Shown here: positions 50,462-63,108 of the stretch, piece by piece
Numbering within the stretch: the first letter of the stretch is position 1
How the letters are laid out: the number at the start of each line of letters is the position of its first letter
Assembly: GCF_006345805.1 (NCBI RefSeq)
Contig: NC_043002.1
Span: 59,892,001-59,956,000 of the forward strand
DNA from: Octopus sinensis
Taxonomy: Eukaryota
Length of the DNA: 64,000 bases
Direction: 5' to 3'
Translations under genes and position numbers: made by a program
Notes under the pieces: model-generated
Databases searched by the model: none
What the model was told of the DNA's origin: nothing
What the model saw: the letters and a program-made list of their open reading frames with translations, nothing else

Positions 50462-53400
50462 ATTATTATTATTATTATTATTCTATGTTTGACTTTTGCT
50501 TTATATTTGTACAAGTTGGCTCCAAGTCTCACCCAGAGACGTCAAGAGACAACAGGGTTGGAAGTTCATGTTGTTGTTATGCCTAGTGTGCCATATATTT
50601 GGGGGTGGGGGTGTTGTACTAATGAATGTCTAAAAAAAAAAAGTTTTTTTTTTTTTTTTTTTTTTTAAACCGAAAATTATGTTTGTTTTAAACCTTGAGA
50701 TTACATAGAGAGTATTTTGCGTAGGATATGAGCAGTTCCCATGAGCACTATCTTTTGAACTTCTGCCATTTTTGGGTTTCCTGGTATCTGAGTTAGCCCC
50801 TTTTGCTATCATTCCCAGGGCACCTATGACAACAGGTATTGTTTTAGTCTTCAGCTTCCACATTTTGCTGATTTCTATTTCAAGATCTTTATATTTGCTC
50901 AGTTTTTGGTAGGTCTTGACAGATACGTTTATATCGATTGGGACAGTCATATCAATGAGGAGGCATGTTCTTTGTTTGAAGTTTTTCAATATGATGTCTG
51001 GCCTATTTGCATCTATCTTCCTGTCAGTCTGAATGGTGAAGTTCCAGAGGAGTGAGATGTGGTCATTTTCAAGCACTGGGGGTGGTTTGTGTTCCCACCA
51101 GTTTTTTTCATGGGGCAAATCCAGGTTTTTACAGATTACCCAGTGAATATATTGTGCAGCTCTATCGTGCCTGTTGAGATACTCTGTAGGCGCTAGAAGA
51201 CTGCACTTGGAGACCACATGGTCAATGGTTTCATTTTGTTGCTTGCATACACGACACGTTGGACTGCTTCTGATCTTTAATATGTTGGCCTGGTAGTTTC
51301 TTGTTGGTAGGCATTGATCTTGAGCTGCTATGATAAACCCCTCTGTTTCAGATTTTAAGCCAGAGGCCATTAGCCATTGATGGGTCAGGGCTTTGTCGAT
51401 ATCTGCATTATTCGCTCTCTTTGGGTATTTGCCATAGAGAGGTTTTTCTTGCCATTTATTATTCAGAATATCTAAGGCCGCAGTTTTGGCACGGGTTTTC
51501 ATGCGCCTAGCTTTTTCTGTGCTTGTTTCTTGTATATCTATCTCTAATTCCGAAATCGGTTGTATTCGGAATTCACTTAGATATTCCTTTGCCTGTTTTG
51601 TGACTGAGTATAATGCTTTCTTGTTTTCATGTTTTGAGACAAGTTTTAGCATCCAGCCCTCAGAGTTTTTCAGGTAGGTGTCTAGGCCAATTGTAGCAAT
51701 CTTCATTGTTATTGCCAGTTGCAAAAGACCACGGCCTCCCTCTTTTCTTGGCAGATAGAGTCGTTCTGCATCTGCCTTAGGGTGGTGCATTCTATGCATT
51801 GTCAACAGTTTCCTTATTTTTCTGTCGAGCTGACATATTTCAGTAATTGACCAGTTAACAATATTGAAACTGTAAGTCACGACTGGTATAGCTAATGCAT
51901 TGATTGCTTCGATCCTGTTTCTTGCATTCAGCTCTGTCTTGAGTATTGCTCTCACTTTTCGATAGCATTCTCTCCTGATCCTTTCCTTCATCTCTGAATG
52001 CCTTATTCCGTTCCCTTCAATTATCCCTAGGTACTTGTAGCTCTCCGCTGGGTCTAGTTCTTTTATGACATTCTGTTGGTCAAGGTTAACGTTAGATGTT
52101 TCTGTCATTTTTCCTTTGATAAAGGTAGCCTTTGCACATTTATCGAGGCCGAATTGCATTCTGATGTCGTCACTGAATTGTTTGACTATCGCTAGTAAGC
52201 CCTTGAGTTGTTGATCATTTTTTGCAAAAAGCTTTAAATCATCCATGTAAACGAGATGATTTATATTTTTATCAAACATTTTATACCCGTACTGCGCATC
52301 ATTGAGCAGCTTTGAGAGAGGTATTAAGGATAAACAAAAGAGGAGTGGTGACAGTGAGTCACCCTGGAAAATGTCACACGAAAATTTTACATCACCAGCA
52401 TTTAGGGATTCACTGTCACTGTTCAGAGTTAGTGTGGTTCTCCATGATCTCATACTTACAGTCAAGAAGTTTCGCAGAGTTGGTGCTATCTTATACATTT
52501 CAAGGCATTTCCTAATCCAGCTATGTGGTAGGCTATCAAAAGCCTTTTTATAGTCTATCCAGGCTATTGATAAGTTTTTGTGTCGTTTGTGACAATCTTC
52601 TAAGATCATCTTATTGATGAGTAGTTGGTCTTTACAGCCGTAGGATCCACGTTTACATCCTTTCTGTTCATTAGGGAATATGCTGCTGTCTGTTAAAAAA
52701 CTATAGGTATATTCCGTCAGGACAGATGTTAGTGTTTTGTACATAGTTGTTAAGCAGGTTATGGGTCTATAGTTTTTTGGTTCATTTGTTTCTTCACTTT
52801 TTGGAAGCAGGAATGTTAACCCATTAACTAGCCAAGGAGGCATCCTACTAGGGTGTTGCAAAACATCATTGTACAGTTCTGTTAGCAGTTCATGGCTCTC
52901 TGGGAAGGCATTCAGCCAGAAGTTAGGAATTTTATCCTTTCCTGGAGATTTCCATTTGCTTGACCTCCTGAGAGCAGATCTTATATCTTCTACCTTGACA
53001 CCCTCCCACTTTTGCTCTTCTAAGGGGTCCAGTTCTGTAGATATTCTGTCAATCCAGGGGGCCTTTTCGTTGTGTGTTTTTTCTTCTGCCCAGATTTTAT
53101 TCCAAAATCTCTGCACTTCTTCTTTTGATGGTACAGACCCTGCAGTAAACGCTGTTTTTCCTATCTTCCTGTAAAAATTCTTGATGTTATTTTTGAACAT
53201 GTTGTTGTCCTTGAAAAATCTAACACGCTTTTCATACCTCGCTATGCGGGCAGCTTTGGCAGATACCTTTTGTTTGATGGTTTCTATGGTGGCATCAATA
53301 TCAAGTATAGTTTTCATATTGTATTTTTTCAGTAATTTTTGGGTTTTTGTAGGTTTGGTAATCTTGTGAGCCTTAAGGTTTTTCAAATATTCAGTGTCAG

Positions 53401-54476
53401 ATCTAAATATTTTAATTTGTTGTTGCAGACGCTCTTGCCAAGAAGGCTTTTTGTGGGACTGTTGCCGTTTTCTAATCTTTACACCACATAGGATCGTTGA
53501 GATTTTCGGGGATGCATAGTATAGGTGGTTGAGGTTTGTGATATCAACATCATTAACTGAAATTATATCCTTAAGTGCAAGCCGGATTTTACCAATTATT
53601 TTCATGTTTTGGTTAGAGTTGCGGATTTTAGGAAGTGTATCACGCTCATCCATGCTGGTTTCTTTAATTTTCAGCCATTCAATCATGATTTGATTTTTTA
53701 GCTCATGTAGTTCTGTTGGGTCAATATTTGTGTGACTTTCTTTATCTATTTGATGCTCATCTGTCTTAGTGTTTATGATTGGTTCAGGGCGTATTTCACT
53801 TTGCCTATCACTTATACTAACTCTTTCAATCCTCTCTACGTTTTTATCCGCCCTGGGCTGGTCTATAATCATTTCCTCTGTATTATCTTCTCTAGCTGCA
53901 GCTTCGTTCATTTTATCCGATATTGCTTGTCTAACCTGATCAATCTCTACTTCAGTCAGTAATTTCTTTTTTATAATGTTTCTTCTAACATTGGCAAGCT
54001 TGTTACTGTCTATGTAGGGTCTTACTTCAGGGTGTTTCTGTCTTCAGTTTAAGTATGCTTGTACAGTGCTAGACTTATCTGTGGGGAAATATATGGCATG
54101 GTAGAAGGCCTCAAGAACTTCTTTATTATCTTCCCTAGACCATTTTTCCTTCTTTTTCTTTTGATTATTTGGTGATGAGCATGGATGGCCATCTGTTGGA
54201 ATATTCCGGTTGTGGGGTTCGTCCAGCTCCTGTGTGTTGGGAAGATTTGATCCAGTAACTGATTTTTCAATCAGGATTTGGTTCAATTTTCGGGTACGTG
54301 GTCTTTTGTAATCCGCGCAATGACCAATGCGGTTTATTGTTTGATTTGTTGACCTTGAAGCATGACGAGCATCCATTCTTATATTAGGAGATGGATCTGT
54401 CAGTTTAGGGTTCACTACATGTAAGCATTGCTCATAGCGCCGCTTCTTAAGACTAGCAGATCTATATTCGTCTTTT
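50462..54476 (-). mobile_element. Near full-length R4/Dong-clade non-LTR retrotransposon (~4.0 kb)
   Basis: 5' end at (AAT)n ~54476, single ORF, ~220-nt 3' UTR and (AAT)7 tail 50462-50482. Confidence 0.93.
50701..54376 (-). pseudogene. R4/Dong ORF: Myb-like N-terminus, RT, CCHC knuckle, restriction-like endonuclease; one nonsense codon and one terminal frameshift
   Basis: ATG 54376 is in frame with track ORF 50630-53911. Motifs: KWSREDNKEVLEAFY, TGA at 54046-54044 (YLN*RQKHP), YRPITC, DYKKAFDS, QGDSLSP, YMDDLK, YKYLG, CRVC..ETIDHVVSKC, NRPDII..LIDMT..KYKDL. The true C-terminus QIPGNPKMAEVQKIVLMGTAHILRKILSM* is out of frame after ~50790 and ends at 50701. Confidence 0.9.
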
Positions 54477-54492
54477 ATTATTATTATTATTA

Positions 54493-54540
<48 letters not shown>

Positions 54541-54586
54541 CATCATCATCATCATCATCATAATCATTATCATCATCATCATCGTT

Positions 54587-54621
<35 letters not shown>

Positions 54622-54637
54622 TATCATTATTATTATT

Positions 54638-55090
54638 GAGTGAGAAAGCAGTGCATGCCATCAAAGTGACACTGGGGTAAAATATACGAAGCCCATTATA
54701 CCCATCACGACTATCCGTCTGATAATGGTACACATGCATCACAACTATATGTGCGTGACATGGTGATGTCATAAACAACGCATGACCTTGCAGGTGTGAC
54801 CCAGTTAGAATTTTCTTCTGGTCGAGTAGCCCATCTCGCTCAAAAGGTCCCTGCATAAGGATTGTTTAAGGATGTTGAACGAAGCAACAATGTTTCCAAA
54901 GGTGATTTATCCAAAACGCTAAGAATTCCTTCCAACACATGGCTATGGTGTTCCCCCACTACTTCAACTCATGATCAGAGATGCGCATATCGTCAGCCAA
55001 TAAGGGACATGGTCAATTGGTTAAGGTCAAACAACTGACAAGCAAATCTGTGGTATTGAGCAGAAAATTTTGCAGTAGCTAATCTTTTAT
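54638..55090. mobile_element. Unclassified ~450-bp repeat-like insert between (TTA/TCA)n tracts
   Basis: GC-richer, no coding homology recognised, sharp microsatellite boundaries on both sides. It resembles a dispersed octopus repeat from memory; a single copy in this window. Confidence 0.45.
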
Positions 55091-55091
55091 A

Positions 55092-55130
<39 letters not shown>

Positions 55131-55151
55131 TATTATTATTATTATTATTAT

Positions 55152-55202
<51 letters not shown>

Positions 55203-55347
55203 TATCACCATTATTATTATTTATGGTTTCCTCTCATTATAACTGTATTTCTCTTGTTTTTCTTTTGTTGTTAAATTGATCGTTAACTTTAATCACCGCA
55301 AACTGTTATATTTCAGATTGCGCCTCGAAGAATGTATTTTCTTCCAG

Positions 55348-55486
55348 GTTTACTTCCACAACTCAGGAAATAAGGAAACTTCCTTTTACTACGGAAGAGA
55401 TTCAGATTATGTGACCGCCAACTCAATCACTCAACACTGGAAAAGAATGTTTTTATTTCAAGTATCATTATTTTTCATTATAACAG
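55348..55486 (+). CDS. Putative coding exon (boundaries uncertain; alternative acceptor 55318, alternative donor 55461)
   Basis: TTTTCTTCCAG| acceptor; open frame VYFHNSGNKETSFYYGRDSDYVTANSITQHWKRMFLFQ(VSLFFIIT). The CAG|GTTAGA donor gives phase 1, compatible with the 57063 exon. Confidence 0.35.
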
Positions 55487-56623
55487 GTTAGATAAAGTGG
55501 GGGACTCGCCACGTCCTGGAGCCGGTGTTGTTTAATTTCTCTCAATCATTTTAGGCATTTGTGACCTTTTAAAAACTCATTTTTCTTCTTAATATTTAAT
55601 GCGTTGAAAGTAATGTGGGTTTGTAGACTCTGCCATTGGAGGTGATATTTACTAAAATTTACGCTTTAAGTTCAAATCTGGATAAGATTCACATAAATAT
55701 TCTTTCGAGGTCGATAAAATAAGAATTAGTTTAGTAAGCGACGACGGCATCGATGAGAACAAGGACGAAGATTATAGAAAAGTTTGTTGATAGAGGGGAA
55801 AAAAAATTCAATTGAAATACTTTCTTGGGCAATAAATATATCTAGATCCAAACTGGAATTGCTTGACAGAAATCTAGCGAAAGCTATGAGCTGCATTACT
55901 GAGTTGCTGTTTTAAAGTATTTGATAAATGTGATTCAATGTTGCAAAAAAGATGAAGAGATGCGAGATGGAATGAGTAAATGAATTAACAAAGAGATGCT
56001 GCTTGACAGAAGAAAAATATAATGAAAAAACAGAAAACTAATGATTAAAGACTATTTATGACTTGGGGAAATGTTGGCAGGGATGTCGGGAGTACGAAAG
56101 TAATATGCAAGGATACATGTTAAAATAGCATGTAATATAGAAAAAGAAACAGTAAGTGGGAATGGATGAGACAGAATGGCGATGTGGAGGAGCAGAAAGT
56201 GTGATGTCACAAAAGAAAGAGGTAACTAGACCAACATAGGGAGAGAGAGAAAGAGAAAGAGGGTGGTTTGAGTAAAACAGTGTTCTATTAAAAGTAAGAT
56301 ATATGTTGCCTTGGATCTGCGTTGGTGGAGATATAATAGAAAGATTAGACTGATTGATTGTATCATGAATAGCTTATGGAATAATATGTCGTAAATACTG
56401 AGGCGTTAACTGCACAAGCACGTAGATCTACTGCAGATTACGCAGTATAAATAACTAAAATTTTAAGTTGCTTATATCGCATATAAAACAATAGAAATGT
56501 ACGAACTACAGTTAGCAGCTGCGAAAAAATCTCAGTATTCTAGGTCAAAAGTATTATCTCTTATTTGGAATATATGGATCGGTTAAATAGCTTGTTTTCT
56601 AAATTCAATATTGGTGAAAGCAT

Positions 56624-56815
56624 GGCGGCGAGCTTGTAGAGTTGTTAATACGTCGAACTAAAAAAATGCTTAGCAGCATTTCGTCAGTCTTCACGTTGTG
56701 AGTTTAAATTCCGCCGAGTTTGACTATTCCTTTTATCGCTACGGAGTCAATAAAATAGTAACAGTTGGGTGCTTGGATCGATGTAATCTATTTACTCTAT
56801 TCCTCTTGAATTGTC
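56624..56815 (+). mobile_element. SINE family A, degenerate
   Basis: GGCGGCGAGCT...AAATGCTTAGC..GTTTAAATTCCGCCGAG..GATGTAATC. Confidence 0.7.
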
Positions 56816-57062
56816 TAAAGAAGCAACCGAAATCTCCATGATAACCAGTTATATTCAATGAAATATTCGTATTATCCGCTTAACGTTCGATAAATAGCTT
56901 TTACACGAGGTATTTTCTTAAAAACAATATATATTCTCCCGATCAAAAGCTTAACTTCTCACTTGACCGGACTTGAGAACGATTTTTAGTGGTCAATTAG
57001 CTCCGAGTTTTTGTCTGTGGATTGGCATATGCCAGGTTGCAATTATTTTGTCATTCTGTCAG

Positions 57063-57138
57063 ATAACCCCCAGGTTAAACCAGGTCTTTTTCTCCCGGGA
57101 TGTAATACTGCTGACTTTATGGTAATTGCATATCAGTG
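57063..57138 (+). CDS. Putative internal coding exon (76 nt) of an unidentified host gene
   Basis: TTTTGTCATTCTGTCAG| acceptor and GTG|GTAAGT consensus donor. Only one frame is open: (D)NPQVKPGLFLPGCNTADFMVIAYQ(W/C). Confidence 0.5.
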
Positions 57139-57239
57139 GTAAGTTCCTAATTGATGACCGTATAAATATTCTTTGTTAAAATTACGCAACCAATTATAGA
57201 AGTCATATACCACGCAGAAGCGACTCAATTCTGTATTTA

Positions 57240-57690
57240 TTAGGTTGTTCCGAAAATAATGGCCGATTTCAGAAAAATAATATTATTCTAGAAAAATTAA
57301 CAATAGAAATATTTTGGTTAGTCAGAGTATGAACCATGAACATCTCTGCATCTCTGCCATCGACATCGAGATTATTTATGCCTCGTTGATAAAAAGCTTA
57401 TTGGCTTTGACGCTAAGAAACCTTTGAAAGCTGATTCTACCTCTGGTTTGAACCTGAAAGTTTTATCACTTAAAACGTGTTTAAATGCTTCAAAAATGGT
57501 CGTCAGTGGGTGAAGCATCAGAAGAATATGGAGGATGTAGTAATGTCTCGTATCCCATGTCTGTGAGTTTCTGCAGCGTCATTCTTGAAACATGTGGCTT
57601 TGCATTTCCGTGGAGTAGAATTGGGCCACGTCGATTCACCAATGCAGGTCTCATTTTTTGAATACTGGCGTTGATATATTCGACCATACA
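57240..57690 (-). mobile_element. Mariner transposase 3' relic with one terminal inverted repeat
   Basis: RPALVNRRGPILLHGNAKPHVS..LQKL..GYETLLHPPYSSDASPTDDHF (HDNARPH and YSPDLAP motifs). End TA-TTAGGTTGTTCCGAAAATAATGG resembles Hsmar1-type TIRs. Confidence 0.85.
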
Positions 57691-58793
57691 ACCCACTTCC
57701 TTAAAATGTTAAGCCATATGCCTGTAGCAGAAAGGATTCATATTATCATTATTGCAATTATTATCATTCATATTGAGGCAGTAATTGAGTCGTTAAAGCG
57801 CAGGAAAAAGGTAATACGATGCCTTTTCCCTTGCTAATTACTCACTAGTTTAAAATTCCGCCGGGCTCAACTTCCCTTTTAACCTTTCGGGGATAATAAC
57901 ACAAAGATCAACGAGTCGATGCAGCTGGCTAAGACATTTCCTTCTAAATAATGTTGGCCTTGACCTCGAATAACAATCATGATGATGGTATACGGAGAGA
58001 ACTACGAAACGATTAACAGTGTCTCCTTTTCTGTCCAGGCTTAACTAAGTTTTAATATAAGTACAAGAATGAAAGAGCTAGGATTTATGAAGAGATAATA
58101 TTATAGCAAATTTATTACGCAAGAGGAGATAAATAGTTGGAAAATCTCACAAGATCTTAGTGAATGGTAACATGAATTTTGTTGTATCTTGGGACAAATA
58201 TTATGCAAATAATAGACGCACGAATAGTTCTATTTGTTTGTTTATTTTGTCAGTCGATTAGTTAACCATTGTTTAATTAATCGTTTGTCACTCTATCAAT
58301 CCATCAATCAATCGTTGAATCAATCAGTCAATCAGTCAATCAATCAATTGATCAGTAAGCTAGATTTTTAAAGACTTTTCATCGCCATCCACCGTCTCAT
58401 CAATGACATGCTCTGTGAACACTGGGTCTGCAAACGTTCCCGAGATACCACTATGTCTCAACACATGCTAATCCACCTAGGCAGAGAATCATACAATCGG
58501 AAGTGTTGCAGAGAAAATGCACCATAAAAAATATTACAATTGAAACATTATATTATATACAATTATTATCCAATATCTTAGAATTATAGAAAAAGCCATT
58601 TCAATCTCCAAACGAAGAAGATTTGCTTATAAAATCGTCCAAGAAGTGATTAGATATTTTGTCTGTTATTCAATGCTTAGTTTTGGTAAATTTAGCGGAG
58701 AATATAAGCAAGTTAGCTTTAACGTGTACGAGGAAATGGAAAACATAATTAACCTATTCTGATAGTCATCTCTTGCAAATAATAATAATAATT

Positions 58794-58857
<64 letters not shown>

Positions 58858-58904
58858 TAATAATAATAATGGTGACCGGTGGGCGCATAACTAAAAGCAG
58901 ACGT

Positions 58905-59080
58905 GGTAATGGAAATCACCACTTTGTGGATAAGTTTAAACTCTTTTCAAAGAATGGAGATTAAATAGACTCTTTAATGGGAAGTGTACATGGCTTTATC
59001 GAAGATAATGGATTGGAATGGAATTTGGTGAATTAACTTTTGTGGAAGACTAAATATCTAAAACATAGGAAATGTAAATA
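58905..59080 (+). mobile_element. Highly degenerate R4/Dong RT fragment next to (AAT)n
   Basis: NHHFVDKFKLFSKNGD*IDSLMGSVHGFIED..GMEFG parallels NHLVYMDDLKLFAKNDQQL...FSDDIRMQFG in the 50.5-54.5 kb element. Confidence 0.6.
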
Positions 59081-59399
59081 ATGTGATACGGTTACCATAT
59101 AGAGACCCATAACAGTGATAAGTGTAGAGGGATCTATAATTTATAGTTATGTAATTAAAATTACTGAAAGTATAACTGCCAATACAATGATGACCATGAT
59201 TAATAGGGTGCAAGTTAAGGACAGAGAGGGAACTATAATTTCTATGGATATAATTAAAATTTCTGTAAATATGTCTATCTGTAACAATACAACCCAGTAG
59301 GAGTAAGTGACGGAGGAGGATGTCATATAGAAAGGCGAGTTCACGTGATACGTGTTAATTAAACAGAGACAAGAAACGATCATGATGATAACGAGGAGC

Positions 59400-59473
59400 A
59401 TGAGAATGAGGAGGAAGAGCAAGTGGAGATGGACGGAGCAGATGAGATCGACGACGACAACGACGACGATGAA

Positions 59474-59509
<36 letters not shown>

Positions 59510-59852
59510 GATGGTGATGATGATGATATTGATGAGGAGGAGGATGGTGTTGATGATAATGGGAATGATGATGCTGATGATGGGGAGGAGGAGGTGGGTT
59601 GTGTTGATGATGGTGATAATGATGATGATGATGGTGATTATTATGATGAGGATGTTATTATTATTATTATTATTATTATTATGATAAGGATGATGATGAT
59701 GATGAAGACTGTGAGGATAATGATGATGACGATGATGATGATGATGATGAAGATGATGATAATGATGATGATGATGATAATGATGATGATGATGAAGACT
59801 GTGAGGATAATGATGATGATGATGATGAAAATGATGATGATGATGTTCGTGG

Positions 59853-59896
<44 letters not shown>

Positions 59897-59960
59897 GTGA
59901 TAATGATGAGAACGAAGAGGAAGGTAACGATGAGGATAACGACAATGATAGCAACGACGA
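59400..59960. repeat. Cryptic (GAT)n tract
   Basis: GAT/GAC/ATT triplets; source of ORFs 59352-60151. Confidence 0.9.
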
Positions 59961-60360
59961 TGCAGATTATGGTGCTGATGAAGACCATGGACATATCTAA
60001 GACTGTAATGATAATGACGAGAGAGATAAAGAGGGCGAAGATAGCGATGATCTTCCTAATATATAATGGTCGTAAATTCATGCGAAATGGACAGTGCCAA
60101 CAAAGTACGAAAGGAAACACAATTGTTCTAAGAATAAGGAAGGAATGTTAAACACAAAATTAATAGGAAACGGTAAAGAGCACGGAACCTTAATTTCCGA
60201 AGAGTAACAGAAAACGTTCACAGAAGAATTCATTCTTGAATATCAAAGAATTAGAATGTGACTAATTGAAAGCATCTTTCTGGTTTGCTAACTCTATGTT
60301 AAATATTGTGTCTGCGAAACGGAACGCTGAAGCATGTATACAGATGCAAGCATTACACGA

Positions 60361-60402
<42 letters not shown>

Positions 60403-60749
60403 TCACAGCGCACACAAATACACAGACACACGCAGACACACGCTTACACAAAAACACCCACGAATACGCACACGCGCGCACACACCCACACAAACACTCA
60501 CAAAACCACACACGTGTGCGCAAACATATACATAGCTAATACGTTTAACATTTTGCAACACGAGTCAGCATGTGTAGAGACAGTGATTTCGAAGTGTTGT
60601 ACGTCAAATTCTTGATGCAGTGTAGCAGGCTGAAAGTTTGTAGCCATTGTCATCTGTCGTCTCCCATTATTTTAATAAATAGGCACTCTACCCCCAAAAA
60701 ATTAATGTAAAAAAACTTTAGTGTAAAATTCTTTTACATAAAACTGAAG

Positions 60750-60809
<60 letters not shown>

Positions 60810-60814
<5 letters not shown>

Positions 60815-61090
60815 AGAGCAATAACCACCAAGGTGGATTCCTCATATGCTGGAAGAAGACGCCAAATCGTCTTACCACGAAGAATGTGTTCCCAAAAAAT
60901 TCAGCAAACGCCAGAATGTAAACGAGCAAGACAAATGAAAAGATACAAAATTTTGCAATAAACTCCATACGTAGGTTTCGCCATTAACACTCACAAAATG
61001 TAAAAGTCCGAGGTTCTTCAGTGAAGCCGTCGCATGGAAAACATAATTCACACAACTAGACACAAGACGTCCTCCCGAAAGAGAACGTGT
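60810..61090 (-). mobile_element. pLTR-like fragment with hammerhead candidate at 60965-61024
   Basis: Minus strand UCA-CUGAAGA-ACC...GGC-GAAAC-CUAC-GUA-UGG. Core intact, first stem II pair A.C. Ends at (TA)n; same family as 32620-32765. Confidence 0.6.
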
Positions 61091-61417
61091 ATACAATTCT
61101 GCCAGTTATATTTGAGGTTATATTTCAAATGTCTTCATTTCACATATATATGATTTTTACTCTTACCGTTTATAAAATCAGCGTATGATTTCAAGGGAAA
61201 TCTTATAAACAGACAAGGCGATCTGAGTTTAACCCTAGGCGTGATGTAAGCCACCGATTAGCAAAACCATCCATGATCTGGTTACATCTGCTTCTGTAGG
61301 GAACTCGCCTCCCTTATCAGTCATTAAGATACTAGTTACTGTGGCTATTGAGTAGTTTTGACTATTATTTCTAGCAATACTGATAATGATATATTACTTT
61401 AGAGATGTATATATATA

Positions 61418-61803
61418 TTCTTTTATTTGTTTCAGCCATCTGACTGCGGCGATGCTGGAGCACCTCCTTTAGGCGAACAATTCGACCCCAACTTATTCTT
61501 TGTAAGCCTAGTACGTATTCTATCGGTCTCTTATGCCGAATCGCTTAGACACACCAACATCGCTTGTCAAGCGATGGTGTGGGGGACAAACATAAACACG
61601 CAAATACACACACACGCATGCACACGCACCCACACATATACCTGACGGGTTTCTTTCACTTCCCGTCTACCAAATCCACTCACAAGGCTTTGATCGGTCC
61701 AAGGCTATAGTAGAAGACACTTCCCCAAGTTGCCACGCAGTGGGACTGAACTCAGAGCGATGTGACTGGGAAACAAGCTCCTTACCACTCAGCCTCACCT
61801 GCA

Positions 61804-61806
<3 letters not shown>
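61418..61806 (-). mobile_element. SINE family B, full length
   Basis: Collinear with 37111-37520 from head to tail. Confidence 0.85.
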
Positions 61807-61854
<48 letters not shown>

Positions 61855-63019
61855 TCATCCACTCATCCAAAATAGACACAAGTACGAACACTTGCATGTG
61901 ATACGCTACAACGATTGTAAAGATCACTACATGGAACTATTGGTGACTTGTTAACTCCTGCATTATATTTACATTTATATATGTGTGTGTATGTGTGTGT
62001 GTATGTGTGTGTGTGTTTGCTTGTTCGTGTGTGGGGACACGCGTGAATGTACATATGTCTATAAGGATATCTCTACAGTATTGCAGCACAGAATTTTGTC
62101 AGTGAACAGGTCGCGGTCTCAAACCGATAAAAATATTTTCGCAAATTTAATTTAAATGTTGGAGAGAATCTAACGGTTTTTGTGTGTTTCTTAAATGGCT
62201 TATAAACACCTTCCATGCTGCAATTGTTTTCGTTCCAGTACACGATCTCATATTAGGTCACTTGCTATGCAAGTACATCTACAGTATTCTTATGTAGATA
62301 TGTATCCGCATAGAGAGTTAAATTTACAGAAAGGTTAAAATCAAACATTTTTATAAAATTATGAAGCGACCTCATGTGATATTGGCGATCAGATGCAATA
62401 CCACTTCACCAATTAGAGATATTGTCGTAGAGAAAATACTTCTCTCACAAAATATACGATGGCGGTGATATTGAGCGTAGTGATGGTGATAGTAAGGGAG
62501 ACGGTATGTCTTGTTTTATTGAGGGAAGAATGTATGTCCTTATTAAATATTTCCCAACAGTTGCCGTTCTGCAAATAACTGCTTATAATTTAAATTTAGT
62601 GATGAGATTTTGATTTATCAAATTATACATAAAAACAGGATGACATTCTAGGACACATATACACAACATTAAAAACATAATTATACATACATACAAACAC
62701 ACACACACGCAATCATGAAAATATATACTAACATACTTATATATAATCGATACCTGTATACATATCTGTATGCATGTAGGCATTAGCAAATCATAAATTC
62801 TCCAATTTGTTCTATACAACGAATGTATAGTCAATTGGACTTAATTTCGTACAATAACTCTCCTGTCTATTTCCTTTTCTAGTTCACCCCCTGTTTCTCT
62901 ATCAGTCTCTTTCTCCTTAATACATACTTAAAATTCAAACATGTGTGTATATATACAAACATTTGTGTATTTATATGTGTGTATGCACATGCACAGAGAT
63001 ACACCCACGTATATATACA

Positions 63020-63108
<89 letters not shown>

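Noticed and set aside
54044-54046. In-frame TGA in the Dong ORF as selenocysteine or programmed readthrough
   Set aside because: It falls where Trp (TGG) is expected, one transition away; there is no Cys context or SECIS evidence, and the copy has a second lesion.
54477-54856. N-terminal extension of the Dong ORF in track ORF 54044-54856
   Set aside because: The frame runs through a stop-free (AAT/GAT)n tract into an unrelated repeat; this is a chance fusion.
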